A DNA stretch of 64,000 bases from Spartobacteria bacterium (GCA_947471565.1 CANIVT010000001.1:132612-196611), one strand, 5' to 3'; shown: positions 1 to 9,409, counted from the stretch's first letter. Notes: generated by a model not told the origin, from the letters alone. Program-made: numbers and translations.

Positions 1-641
1 ATGGCGCTGCAACCATCAATGAAAGCATCGGCAAGACCCGCTGGCTCAAAGGCAAGGCGCCGGAGGCGAGCGTCGGCTTCCTGGAACTCAATGCCGGCAC
101 ATTTGATTTCCAGCGCGGCCTGAATCATGCGATCGAAATGAACGCAGCCTACCGGCACGGAGATCTCATCCGTGCGGTCGGGATGCCGAATGTCTCGCAA
201 CCGTGGGGGATTTACCAGACCGACTGGAAAGCCGTGCTCTGGACGCAGGGGAACATCTATTATACGCCCGCCAAAATCTGGTTCCAAGCCGCATACTACG
301 TGGACTGGATGATCGCCGACTCGTGGGCATCCGATGCGGTGGCTGTCGATGCCCCTGCGACATTGGACGTATTCGCGGCCAAAAAGTCCGACGGATCGAA
401 GGTGGTACTTCGTGTGGTGAACGACGCGCCCAGAGAGCAGCCGGTTACGCTGGATTGGCATGGCATCACCCACATAGCGGCGACTGCACGCGTCACGACA
501 CTCGCCCATGCCCACCTCCAGGACATCAATACCGAAAACGAACCGGAAAAGATCAAGCCTGTTACCAGTGAAGAGACATCATCAAAACACGTCTTCCCAC
601 CATATTCCTTCACTGTCATCGAGTTGCCGGCAAAACCGTGA
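1..641 (+). CDS. glycoside hydrolase, C-terminal part (5' end cut by window edge); arabinofuranosidase-C-like beta-sandwich
   Basis: Frame 3 is open from nt 3 to the stop at 639-641, and track ORF 138..641 is its tail. The C-terminus ...HVFPPYSFTVIELP resembles the last strand of GH C-terminal sandwich domains. A GH95 gene lies next to it. The family call is from memory of motif style only. Confidence 0.45.
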   Translation, partial: GAATINESIGKTRWLKGKAPEASVGFLELNAGTFDFQRGLNHAIEMNAAYRHGDLIRAVGMPNVSQPWGIYQTDWKAVLWTQGNIYYTPAKIWFQAAYYVDWMIADSWASDAVAVDAPATLDVFAAKKSDGSKVVLRVVNDAPREQPVTLDWHGITHIAATARVTTLAHAHLQDINTENEPEKIKPVTSEETSSKHVFPPYSFTVIELPAKP

Positions 642-936
642 AGGATCAATGATCCATGTAAAGTAGCCACCTGTGCGAGGAGGTGAACCCCCTGACTCCG
701 GGACCCATATGCGTGCCAGTGGATCAGTGTGCGGTAGTACATACCTTTTGAATGACAATGTATTTCACTTGGATCTTGAGCCATTCAGTATAGCTCGGTG
801 CATCCTTGTACCCGTGACCGCTGTAACTCTGAAACTTTTCAGCAATTCAGCCCTGTTCGAGCGCTGCACTGCATGTTGCTCTCATATAGCCCAAACACCT
901 GTTTTCTTTCTATCGCTCATAGATACCCCTGATACT

Positions 937-3393
937 CTATAATTCCTTCAATTGTCCGTCGAATTGTCTGGTCTGACCAAGAATAAATTGAAGCTCCTGC
1001 ATTTGCCCTCCATAACGAAGCCCGCAATGGGTGCCTTTCAAACTCTTGACCTTGACGCTCTTGAGCTTGCCGGACTGCCAGGACAAGTCCACGACAAAGC
1101 CGCCTCGTGTGCGCACGCCTTGAAGCGATCCATCTTGCCAGGCCTTGGGTAGGGCTGGCAGCAGGTCTATCATAAACGCCTCGTAGGCTTGATTGGATGT
1201 CGCCGTCGGCAGGATGGTGCACTCGGTGTGGCTTTGCACCAGCATCTCGCAAACAGCAGCCGTGTATCCGAAATTGCCATCGATCTGAAACGGTGGGCAA
1301 GAGTCAAAAAGGTTGGAAAGAACGCTGGTCTTGATCCAGCCCTTGAGGAGGTCGTACGCACGGTCTCCATCGGCAAGCCGGGCCCAACAACATATCTTCC
1401 AAATTCTGCTCCAGCCAGTGGCCCCATTTCCCCGCAAATCAAGCGATTTGCGGGCGGCAGTCGACCAAGAGACGGTTGTTAAGGGTGTAATCTGCTTGCC
1501 GGGATACAACGCCCAAAGATGCGAAAGATGGCGATGCCTTTCTTCGGAAAGCTTCCAAGGTTCGATCCACTCCTGCACGCTCCCGTCGGGCGCGATCTTC
1601 ACCGGAGGCGACAACTTACAAAGACGATCCTGGAGTTGGGCTACAAAATCCGCATCGACGCCAAGAATGTGGGCTGCCTTGATTGTGTTTCTAAACAAGT
1701 CATGGGCAATTTGTTGATCGCTTGCGGTGCCCGCACTGTGGAAATAACGCTGCCCATCTGAAGAGATGAACCCGACTTCCGGCGAACGGGAAGGTGAAAT
1801 CACAAGGTTGCCGTCCCGGTAGGGCATCAGCATATCCATGGTAAATTCACAGGCCTCTTTCATCACGGGGTACGCCTGTTCCCTCAAATATGTGGTGTCT
1901 CCGGTGAAAAGATAATGGTCAAAGAGATTCTGACAGAGCCATCCTCCAGCGCCCATCCACAACCATCTAGGGCCGGCGTATGCCCAGGGGTTAGAGTAAA
2001 CGGATACATAGAATCCCCGCGCATTGAAATAGTCCTTGGCCGTTTGCCGTCCGGCTGGACGCAAAAACGAGACGTAACTGGCGAAGGGCCCAAACGTCTC
2101 CGGCAATGCCGCAGGCCCCGAAAGCCAGTAGTTCATCTCGATATTGATATCCGTATGATAATCACAATCCCACGCCGGCTTCGGGGAGTCGTTCCAGATG
2201 CCCTGCAAGTTTGCGGGCAACCCACCTGCGCGGGAAGAAGCGATCAGCAGATAACGGCCGAACTGGAATAGCAGCGTTTCCAATGCGGGGTCGCCTCCAT
2301 TTTGTTTTCGATAATCGGCCAACCTGCGATCCGTTGGCATCGCAAGCTGCGAATCGGAGGTTCCAGGGATACAGAATTTCACCCTCTCAAACAGAGCCCC
2401 ATAATCGGCCACATGCGACTGGCGCAATTGCGCTATGGAGCGCTCAGCGGCTGCATGGATCTGATTGGCTACAACCTTGGACGGATCGCGCCCTGAACTG
2501 CATTCCGGCCACACCATGGCGTGGTCTGTCGCCGCAGCCAAAACGATGGTGACCGTATCGGCTCCTTTGACAATCACCCGTCCTTCCAAGCGTTCGCTGG
2601 ACCCGCCAGAGGTAATTACCCGAAGCCTGGAGGCATAACGGAGATTGCTTATGGGCATAGCCCCGACACCCACCAGATCACCACTTTCCCCCGGAGTGAT
2701 GCTTCCACCCGGTTGTGCCAAGGTTTGGGCAATGGTGACATTGATTTGACCGGGCTTGTCCGCTTTGAGATGCACTACCAAAACCTGGTCTGGAAAGCTG
2801 GAAAAATATTCTCTGGTGAACAGCACTCCTTGTCGCCTGTAGCTGACACTAGCAATGGCCGTGTTTAGATCGAGTACCCTGCGATAATCCGTAACAGGCC
2901 CCTGATCTGGGAAGGTTAACGACACATCCCCAAATGGCTGATGGGCGCCGAAGGATGGTCGGGAGACGTTACCTGCTGCCTTGAGCAGTTCCTCTGCCTC
3001 CTTGATTGAACCCGCCGCAAGCAATGCACGAACCTTGGGAAGACAGGTCTGAAGCTGAGCTTGCGTGGGGGTCGTGTCGCGAGAGCCAGACCACAAGGAA
3101 CTCTCGTTAAACTGGAGGCGATCCAATTCCACTCCTCCAAAAACCATGCCCCCCAAGCGTCCATTGCCAATCGGTAGTGCCTCTGACATCCACTTTGTGG
3201 CAGGCTTGTCATACCAGAGATGCAACTGATCCTCCGCACCGGACGCATGTTCGGCCAGTGCAAAAATCCAGCAGATACAGACGGCAAAACTCTTTAAAAC
3301 GATATTTCGAAACAACACTGCCGCGTCTCCAAAGCGAGTGTAGCGCGTTATTATGTTTTCGGTTTTCGAATACTGGGAATGTGCTAATAACAT
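937..3393 (-). CDS. GH95-family glycoside hydrolase (alpha-L-fucosidase-like)
   Basis: 818-aa ORF. The N-terminal region WYDKPATKWMSEALPIGNGRLGGMVFGGVELDRLQFNESSLWSG is the hallmark GH95 N-terminal motif. A hydrophobic signal-like stretch precedes it. The exact start codon is uncertain. Confidence 0.8.
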   Translation of the reverse strand: MLLAHSQYSKTENIITRYTRFGDAAVLFRNIVLKSFAVCICWIFALAEHASGAEDQLHLWYDKPATKWMSEALPIGNGRLGGMVFGGVELDRLQFNESSLWSGSRDTTPTQAQLQTCLPKVRALLAAGSIKEAEELLKAAGNVSRPSFGAHQPFGDVSLTFPDQGPVTDYRRVLDLNTAIASVSYRRQGVLFTREYFSSFPDQVLVVHLKADKPGQINVTIAQTLAQPGGSITPGESGDLVGVGAMPISNLRYASRLRVITSGGSSERLEGRVIVKGADTVTIVLAAATDHAMVWPECSSGRDPSKVVANQIHAAAERSIAQLRQSHVADYGALFERVKFCIPGTSDSQLAMPTDRRLADYRKQNGGDPALETLLFQFGRYLLIASSRAGGLPANLQGIWNDSPKPAWDCDYHTDINIEMNYWLSGPAALPETFGPFASYVSFLRPAGRQTAKDYFNARGFYVSVYSNPWAYAGPRWLWMGAGGWLCQNLFDHYLFTGDTTYLREQAYPVMKEACEFTMDMLMPYRDGNLVISPSRSPEVGFISSDGQRYFHSAGTASDQQIAHDLFRNTIKAAHILGVDADFVAQLQDRLCKLSPPVKIAPDGSVQEWIEPWKLSEERHRHLSHLWALYPGKQITPLTTVSWSTAARKSLDLRGNGATGWSRIWKICCWARLADGDRAYDLLKGWIKTSVLSNLFDSCPPFQIDGNFGYTAAVCEMLVQSHTECTILPTATSNQAYEAFMIDLLPALPKAWQDGSLQGVRTRGGFVVDLSWQSGKLKSVKVKSLKGTHCGLRYGGQMQELQFILGQTRQFDGQLKEL

Positions 3394-3512
3394 CTTATCT
3401 CAGTCTCCCAGAAAATCCCTGCCACCGACAATCAACAAGTGATTTAGAAACGAGATGTTTGATGAGGTAATCATTGAGCTTATTAGCTTCCCCCGATGAT
3501 TAGGCCAAAGCT

Positions 3513-3562
3513 GGTTTGAGTTATTGCCCCCAAGGGTACCCTTGGGGGCAATAACTCAAACC
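3513..3562. repeat. perfect 50-bp palindrome (25+25, centre GGTACC)
   Basis: ggtttgagttattgcccccaagggt / acccttgggggcaataactcaaacc is an exact reverse complement with no spacer. Checked base by base. Confidence 0.95.
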
Positions 3563-3567
3563 CAGAC

Positions 3568-3706
3568 CATGAAGAAAACACGACATACGGAAGAGGCGAT
3601 CATCCAGGTGCTTAATGAGGCACGAGCTGGAGAAGAGAAGCGGTCATGCTTCTTTCCTACCACTCCGCCGCTCTGGTGCAACAGACTTTCTTTGCCGGCG
3701 AGTTGA
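3568..3706 (+). pseudogene. IS3-family transposase OrfA N-terminal remnant (about 22 codons recognisable)
   Basis: MKKTRHTEEAIIQVLNEARAGE resembles the start of IS3/IS407-group OrfA (MKKSRFTEEQI..L.EAEAG). The rest of the 60-aa ORF is unrelated, and there is no orfB. It starts 5 nt after the palindrome. Confidence 0.35.
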
Positions 3707-3806
3707 TTCCTAGGCAGTCGGAAATGTCGATATCAGCTTCAGCGGCGGTTTCCATCGAGTTTTCAGCTCTGTCTGGGCAATCCTCCCAGCGGAAGCATCA
3801 AGAGGG

Positions 3807-3959
3807 CTACATCGATTTCTGAACTGCTCCGGCGCCCTGAGTGACACTGCGACCTGTAGCGCTGACATCTTGACCGACGCCCTTCATGGTATTGCAGCCC
3901 GTGAGGGTAATGGTAACGGCAAGGACAAGGGCTAGGATGGTGAGTGAGGTTGTTTGCAT
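3807..3959 (-). CDS. entericidin A/B-family small lipoprotein
   Basis: 50 aa from the internal ATG at 3959: MQTTSLTILALVLAVTITLTGCNTMKGVGQDVSATGRSVTQGA... matches the EcnB pattern LTxCNTxRGxGEDIsxxGxxIsxAA, including the lipobox LTGC. Confidence 0.75.
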   Translation of the reverse strand: MQTTSLTILALVLAVTITLTGCNTMKGVGQDVSATGRSVTQGAGAVQKSM

Positions 3960-4103
3960 GATGGAAGCTTCCCACAGCGACGGCCCCATTTCCATTGGTA
4001 GAAACGCTTAGTTACCGCTCTGTCCGTGCTAAGCGGATTCCTTAGCGTCATCTTAGCGTTTCCCCATCTATCGAGGAAAGTCCGGGGGGCGTAGAGTGAC
4101 ACT

Positions 4104-4286
4104 ATGAAAACAATCTCCCTGATCGGAATCGCCAGTCTTCCACTCACTCTCCTGCTGACATCGTGTTTTTCGTTGAGCACGACTAGGACAGCCGTACCGG
4201 AAAGAACGACCACCATTTCTCAACAGACTAGGAGTTCATCGCAGTCACCGACCACGACGACCACAACGCGCTCCACCACTTATTAA
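4104..4286 (+). CDS. small Thr/Ser-rich lipoprotein, hypothetical
   Basis: 60-aa ORF with a signal peptide and lipobox-like LLTSC, followed by a T/S-rich tail. No homology recognised. Confidence 0.3.
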   Translation: MKTISLIGIASLPLTLLLTSCFSLSTTRTAVPERTTTISQQTRSSSQSPTTTTTTRSTTY

Positions 4287-4340
4287 TCAAAGATCCCAAC
4301 GTCACTTCACTAAAAGTCAAACCCTCAACCTACAAACATC

Positions 4341-4490
4341 ATGCTCTACACAATCGCCATTGTTCTTCTTGTCCTCTGGGCGCTCGGACTCGTCAGCGCC
4401 TACACGATGGGAGGATTTATCCACATCCTGCTTGTCTTCGCCTTGGTGGTACTTCTTATCCAGATCATCCAGGGAAGAAAGATCGGCTGA
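4341..4490 (+). CDS. lmo0937-family small membrane protein
   Basis: 49-aa ORF, below the track cutoff: MLYTIAIVLLVLWALGLVSAYTMGGFIHILLVFALVVLLIQIIQGRKIG. This is the typical two-helix sequence of the lmo0937 family (MLxTI..IL.VLWLLG....GG.IHILLV.A....I..I.GR). Confidence 0.7.
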   Translation: MLYTIAIVLLVLWALGLVSAYTMGGFIHILLVFALVVLLIQIIQGRKIG

Positions 4491-4513
4491 GATGGCTGCT
4501 TGGCCATCATTCC

Positions 4514-4597
4514 ATGGTAAAAAATCCACAAAACCTCCTCTTGGCAGCAGGCGTCATCCTGACTGCGCTTGCCTGCATTTTATTTGGAGTGGGATGA
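4514..4597 (+). CDS. possible 27-aa single-TM peptide
   Basis: MVKNPQNLLLAAGVILTALACILFGVG. It starts 24 nt after the lmo0937-like gene and lies in the same small-peptide cluster. No other support. Confidence 0.2.
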   Translation: MVKNPQNLLLAAGVILTALACILFGVG

Positions 4598-4651
4598 ATT
4601 AGCCGCTTTTCTCTTCGCCTTTCAGAACACTGTGAGCAGTCTTATAAAACA

Positions 4652-5185
4652 ATGAAATCAGCCCTCTTCACGATCCTACTTTGCCCCGTGGTACTCTTAT
4701 GCGGCTGTCTGTCGACCTCACCTAAAAAGGTCCCCCTGAAAACGGTCGCTTACGTCGATCTGCCCCGCTTCATGGGGGACTGGTATGTCATCGGAACGAT
4801 CCCGTGGATCGTGGAGAAGAACAACGTGGGAACAATGGATATTTACAAGATGAGGCCAGATGGTCGCATCGACATCACCTACGCTTTTCACAAGAATGAT
4901 CTCTCGGCAAAGCACCAAGAGATGCACGCAGTTGGCACCGTGTTGGATACAAAGACCAATGCCCGGTGGGGAGTCCAGTTTATCTGGCCTTTCAAAGCTC
5001 CTTACCTCGTCATCGATCTGGCACCTGATTACAGCACGACGACGATTGGCTACCCATCGAGGGATCTGATTTGGATTATGGCCCGTACACCGACACTGCC
5101 TGAAAGCACGTATCAGGAACTGCTTCAGAAGGCATCCAACCAAGGATACGATATCCATCGGATTGTTAAAGTTCCCCAGAAATAG
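4652..5185 (+). CDS. blc: bacterial lipocalin (outer-membrane lipoprotein Blc family)
   Basis: Lipoprotein signal ending LLCGC, and the lipocalin motif VDLPRFMGDWYVIGTIP. 177 aa. Confidence 0.8.
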   Translation: MKSALFTILLCPVVLLCGCLSTSPKKVPLKTVAYVDLPRFMGDWYVIGTIPWIVEKNNVGTMDIYKMRPDGRIDITYAFHKNDLSAKHQEMHAVGTVLDTKTNARWGVQFIWPFKAPYLVIDLAPDYSTTTIGYPSRDLIWIMARTPTLPESTYQELLQKASNQGYDIHRIVKVPQK

Positions 5186-5285
5186 GGTCTTTGATTGTTA
5201 GGATGACGGACTGATTACCCGTGGCCGCGTGTCTTATCGCCTGGAGTTGATGGATCCCCTCCATCGCTGCAAGAATCTCCCGCGC

Positions 5286-5663
5286 ATGATCCGTTTCCTC
5301 GCCATCCTGCTCTTCACGGCTTCCTGCGCCTATGCCGGTGATGTCATTGCGGTGATCAAGAGTCCCTCCACGGTCTACCGCCTGAAGGGATCGAACGGCG
5401 CCTTTCTCGGGCAGATCCAGCCTTCCGGAGGTGCGATCTCCGTCGGTTGCGACGGGGAGACGATCGCGGTGCTGAATTCGCACGGCGTCGTGAACCGCTA
5501 CAATGCCGAGACGGGGGCCTTCATCGGACAGAATCAGCCCAGCGGAGGAGGCCCCTTAACCGACGTTCAGGTCTCCGGCGGCGTGATGATCGTCCGCTCA
5601 CCTCATCTTGCCCGCCGCTACAGCGCACGCACGGGTGCCTTCTTGGGACAGAGCCAGTTCTGA
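5286..5663 (+). CDS. secreted protein with three ~36-aa internal repeats, hypothetical
   Basis: Start moved to the ATG at 5286 (MIRFLAILLFTASCAYA signal). There are three repeats of the form Y(R/N)xxxxxGAF(L/I)GQxQPSGG. Confidence 0.5.
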   Translation: MIRFLAILLFTASCAYAGDVIAVIKSPSTVYRLKGSNGAFLGQIQPSGGAISVGCDGETIAVLNSHGVVNRYNAETGAFIGQNQPSGGGPLTDVQVSGGVMIVRSPHLARRYSARTGAFLGQSQF

Positions 5664-5665
5664 GC

Positions 5666-6370
5666 ATGACATTGCCGGAACTTAAAACAGTGCTCCGGTC
5701 CATGGCCTCGCCCGAAAGGGAGAAGGTGACACGGAGTTTCTTCAAGACAGGACCCGGGGAGTATTCCGAGGGAGACAAGTTCCTTGGGATCCGGATTCCC
5801 GATCTGCGGTCACTGCTCAAGAAAGCCGATGCCATTTCCTTGAAGGAGGCCCTGACTCTGCTCCGCTCAGAGTGGCATGAGGAACGCTTCACGGCTCTCC
5901 TGCTACTGGAGCGTCGCTTCGAGCATGCTGAGGAGGAATCAGTACGGGAGGAGATCGTGAAGGCCTATCTCGCCAATACCCGTTGGGTGAACAACTGGGA
6001 CCTCGTTGATACGAGTGCCCCGACCATCCTCGGTGCATGGTTGCTCCCTCGGAAGCGGTCGGTGCTAGATGAGTTGGTTCGCTCCGAAAATCTCTGGGAA
6101 AGACGGATTGCGATCGTTGCCACGCAGACACTGATCCGTGCGGGCGAGTTCCGGGAGACGCTCCAACTCACCGAGCGACTGTTTGGTGATCCCGAAGACC
6201 TGATGCATAAGGCCTGCGGCTGGATGCTCCGCGAGGTGGGGAAGATGGACAGAAATATCCTGATCTCCTTTCTGGAAAATCACGCGCCACGGATGCCCCG
6301 GACGATGCTCCGCTACGCCATCGAGCGCTTTCCAGATCAGGAACGCAGAGTCTGGCTTGCGCTCCGCTAA
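5666..6370 (+). CDS. DNA alkylation repair protein (AlkD-like HEAT-repeat family)
   Basis: The ATG at 5666 (MTLPELKTVL...) follows the upstream stop. Diagnostic motifs: FFKTGPGEYSEGDKFLGIRIPDLR, NNWDLVD, LWERRIAIV, KACGWMLRE. The track's upstream extension overlaps the previous gene and is Arg-rich junk. Confidence 0.75.
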   Translation: MTLPELKTVLRSMASPEREKVTRSFFKTGPGEYSEGDKFLGIRIPDLRSLLKKADAISLKEALTLLRSEWHEERFTALLLLERRFEHAEEESVREEIVKAYLANTRWVNNWDLVDTSAPTILGAWLLPRKRSVLDELVRSENLWERRIAIVATQTLIRAGEFRETLQLTERLFGDPEDLMHKACGWMLREVGKMDRNILISFLENHAPRMPRTMLRYAIERFPDQERRVWLALR

Positions 6371-6385
6371 TACCCCGGACGGAGC

Positions 6386-7093
6386 CTACTCCATGAAGCG
6401 GGTGAATTCCGCAGCTGTTTCCCTCTCGGTGCGCAGGGTGTTTTCGATCCTGGAGGTATCCTCGTAACCAAGGGCCATGCCGCAGACGATCATCCGCTCG
6501 TCGGGAATCTCCAGATGCCGGGCAATGAGGCGGTGGTATTTGCAGAAGGCCGCCTGCGGGCAGGTGTCGAGGCCGCGCGCCTTGGCGGCGATCATCACGT
6601 TCTGGAGGAACATCCCATAGTCGAGCCAACTGCCCTGTCCCATCACGCGGTCGATCGTGAAGAAGAGTCCGACCGGTGCCCCGAAGAAGGTGTAATTCCG
6701 CGCGAACTGCCGGTTCATGAGTTCCCGTTCCCCCTTGGCGATGCGAAGTAGTCCGTAGAGGTCGTAGCCGACCTTACGACGACGATCGATGTAGGGAGGA
6801 ATCCACTTTTCCGGGTAGTAGGAGTATTCCTGCGTGTGCTCTGCGTCGCGGGTGGGATCGAGTGCGATCTCGACCAGTTCTTTGGAGAGGGCTTCCTTTT
6901 TTTGTCCGGTTATGACGATGGCCTGCCACGGCTGGGTGTTGGTGCCCGAGGGGGCGCGGGCTGCTACATCAAGGATCTCCAGGATGGTTTCCCTAGGTAC
7001 AGGCGTCGGCAGGAATGCGCGGATCGACCGGCGCTCCCGGATCACCCCGTCAACAATTGTCGTGATCTCGGATTGGGAAGGAGTTCTGCTCAT
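6386..7093 (-). CDS. nitroreductase-family oxidoreductase
   Basis: RRSIRAFLPTPV and TNTQPW are nitroreductase-fold motifs. The ATG at 7093 is preferred over the upstream TTG. Confidence 0.75.
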   Translation of the reverse strand: MSRTPSQSEITTIVDGVIRERRSIRAFLPTPVPRETILEILDVAARAPSGTNTQPWQAIVITGQKKEALSKELVEIALDPTRDAEHTQEYSYYPEKWIPPYIDRRRKVGYDLYGLLRIAKGERELMNRQFARNYTFFGAPVGLFFTIDRVMGQGSWLDYGMFLQNVMIAAKARGLDTCPQAAFCKYHRLIARHLEIPDERMIVCGMALGYEDTSRIENTLRTERETAAEFTRFME

Positions 7094-7133
7094 ACCTCTC
7101 CTCAAAGCCTTTAGTCTTCAGCCTTCAGACCTA

Positions 7134-8462
7134 CTATGGTTCCGGATATTTACTGATGAACTTGGAGAACCAGATTGCCGCGGGGCTGGGAATGCGGTCA
7201 TGGGTCTTGGCATCGAAGGCAAAGAGTCCGAACTTGGGCCCCCAGCCGTCGGTCCACTCGTAGTTGTCCACGAGCGTCCAGGGGAAGTAGCCGCGCACAT
7301 CCACGCCGTCGGCCTGCGCTCTGCGCAGTTGGGCGATGTGCTCCCGGAAGTAGCGGATTGATTTCTGGCCGCTTTGGGTGCCAATGCCGTTCTCGGTGAC
7401 GACGACCGGCTTGTGGTAGCGGGCATCAATCTCCTTAAGGACATGATAAATACCGGTCGGTGCGATCTCCCATCCGAGCTGGGTATAGTTCGAGTTGCGC
7501 TCACCGACGGGACGGAAAATGAAGCGCAGGGCGCTGGCCTGCTGGGTGTAGTAGTAATTAACGCCGATGATGTCGCAGGTGTCGGCCACCATGTCGAGGT
7601 GGTCGAAGTTCTGGTGCTGCATCAGGTGGTAGACGGAGCGGGTGGGGTCGAGATAACGGGCCTTCTGCCAGTAGGGCAGGGACCAGATGCCCATGATCCG
7701 TGCATCGGGCCGCTCTTCGCGCACGATCGTGGCGGCGTCGCGGAACATGTCGGCGCAGACCCGCATCGCTTTTTTGTAGGAACCCGGGTGAAAGAGCAGT
7801 CCCGGAGGCCAGTGGGCACCGACCCATCCCAGCTGGAGGGCTCCGTTGGGTTCGTTCTGGGGGACGTAGATGCGGACATCGGCCTTAGTAGCCCTGACGA
7901 CACGGCGCACATGGGCGCGCCATGCCTCTTGGACATCGGGGTGGAGGAAAGTCGCCTTGGACTTGTCCCTGGGGTAGAGCCAGTCGGGAAAGGTGAAATG
8001 CCAGAGTGTGAGGATTGGCTCGATGCCAGCAGCCCTCACCCGGCGGGCCATCTCGGCGTATTGACGTAGAGCCGCCTGATTAATCTCTCCCTTGTGCGGT
8101 TCAATGCGCGCCCATTCCACTCCGAAGCGGAAGTGGGAGACCCCCAGGTATTTGATGGCGGCGATATCCTTGTCGAAGTCACTCCAGGAGAAGACAGCCT
8201 TGTCGCCACGCGCAGGTGCACCTCCATCCTCGGCAAATCGGTCCCAGTCGGTCTTGAAATACCACTTGGATCCCTGCGCAAACCCCTTGTCCTCGTTCTG
8301 GAACGGGGCGGTGGAAGTTCCCCACCAGAAGGGTTCCTTAGGAAGCGGTTTGAGCGTCGGGGCGGACTTGGGAGGGGAGTAGGGACGTGGTGCGGCAATG
8401 CATCCTGCCAGAATCAAAAGAAGCGGCAGGATCAGGAGTCTCGGGATGGTTGCTTGCTGCAT
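7134..8462 (-). CDS. GH1-family glycosidase lipoprotein (beta-glucosidase-like)
   Basis: Lipobox LILAGC after the ATG at 8462. The GH1 acid/base motif is present (YVPQNEPNG), as is the nucleophile motif (VVVTENGIG). The N-terminal motif WWGTSTAPFQNEDKG is also present. Confidence 0.75.
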   Translation of the reverse strand: MQQATIPRLLILPLLLILAGCIAAPRPYSPPKSAPTLKPLPKEPFWWGTSTAPFQNEDKGFAQGSKWYFKTDWDRFAEDGGAPARGDKAVFSWSDFDKDIAAIKYLGVSHFRFGVEWARIEPHKGEINQAALRQYAEMARRVRAAGIEPILTLWHFTFPDWLYPRDKSKATFLHPDVQEAWRAHVRRVVRATKADVRIYVPQNEPNGALQLGWVGAHWPPGLLFHPGSYKKAMRVCADMFRDAATIVREERPDARIMGIWSLPYWQKARYLDPTRSVYHLMQHQNFDHLDMVADTCDIIGVNYYYTQQASALRFIFRPVGERNSNYTQLGWEIAPTGIYHVLKEIDARYHKPVVVTENGIGTQSGQKSIRYFREHIAQLRRAQADGVDVRGYFPWTLVDNYEWTDGWGPKFGLFAFDAKTHDRIPSPAAIWFSKFISKYPEP

Positions 8463-8500
8463 GGGCCAATGCCTAGTAGCTACAGGGTGAACGATCAATC

Positions 8501-9409
8501 ATGAAGCGACGATTCCTTCCAGTTCTCCTTGTGGCGGCGACCCTCGGATTGCGCGCGGCCGATTCCAACGTGAATCTGGATCCCGACACGATCTTCATGA
8601 ACGACGGGACGGCCAAAAAGGGTCTGATCATCCGCAACGATCGGACCGAGGTGGTCCTCCAGCAGCGGATGGGTGAGGTGATCATCCCCAAGTCCTACAT
8701 CCGCCGCATCGACGACGAGGTGAACGATGTCTACTTCGCGGATATGGTAAAACCGGGCAAACTGCCACCCTGGCGCATGATCGTCGCGGACCTCCGCTCC
8801 GACGACAGCATCCGCTCTTTTCGTCAGATTCCCGCCACGACGATCACCAACGGATATCTGAGAAATATTCCCTATCTCTCCTTCCGGATCAACCGGCGCG
8901 TCGAGATGAACGTCTACGGAAATCCCGAGGACCCGGTTGCCATCGAGTTTGGCATCTACGAGCGAAAAGCCTCGGAGATTACGAAGTTCAAGAAAATCAC
9001 CCGCACATTTCTGGCAGGCCTCCTCGACAATCGCCGCGAGATTGCGGCGCTCTACTCCCTGAAAGACAAAGGTGGGGAAAAAACGGTGGGTGACCTCACC
9101 TTCCAGGTGACGCCTCCTGAGGCACCCGATGCGTACGGGGGATGGTGGATCTCCATCTACGAGCACAAGCGGCTTGATGCCTTCCGGGTTCCCGATGCGA
9201 TTTACAAGAATAACACCCTGCCCTTCTCGAAGGTGAATCACGGCAATGGTTCGCTGCGCGAGGGACAAGGGGACTTTTTCGACAAGTTTCTGCAATCCAA
9301 CATGACGGCATGGCAGGGCATGATCCCCGATCTCCGCGGATTCTACCGCAACAAGGTAGGGGATCTGAAACTCCTTTTTACGAAGAAGCCCGCCTCCACC
9401 CATCCATGA
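8501..9409 (+). CDS. secreted hypothetical protein
   Basis: 302-aa ORF with an N-terminal signal (MKRRFLPVLLVAATLGLRA). Its stop overlaps the next start (ATGA at 9406-9409). No family recognised. Confidence 0.5.
   Translation: MKRRFLPVLLVAATLGLRAADSNVNLDPDTIFMNDGTAKKGLIIRNDRTEVVLQQRMGEVIIPKSYIRRIDDEVNDVYFADMVKPGKLPPWRMIVADLRSDDSIRSFRQIPATTITNGYLRNIPYLSFRINRRVEMNVYGNPEDPVAIEFGIYERKASEITKFKKITRTFLAGLLDNRREIAALYSLKDKGGEKTVGDLTFQVTPPEAPDAYGGWWISIYEHKRLDAFRVPDAIYKNNTLPFSKVNHGNGSLREGQGDFFDKFLQSNMTAWQGMIPDLRGFYRNKVGDLKLLFTKKPASTHP

Noticed and set aside
643-660. Short palindrome ggatca-a-tgatcc after the first gene
   Set aside because: It has 6-bp arms with a 1-nt centre and no T-run. It is too small to distinguish from chance or to call a terminator or operator.
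5447-5665. Upstream extension of the AlkD-like ORF overlapping the repeat-protein gene
   Set aside because: It is Arg-rich, overlaps a better-supported secreted-protein gene, and the family-typical N-terminus begins at the ATG at 5666.
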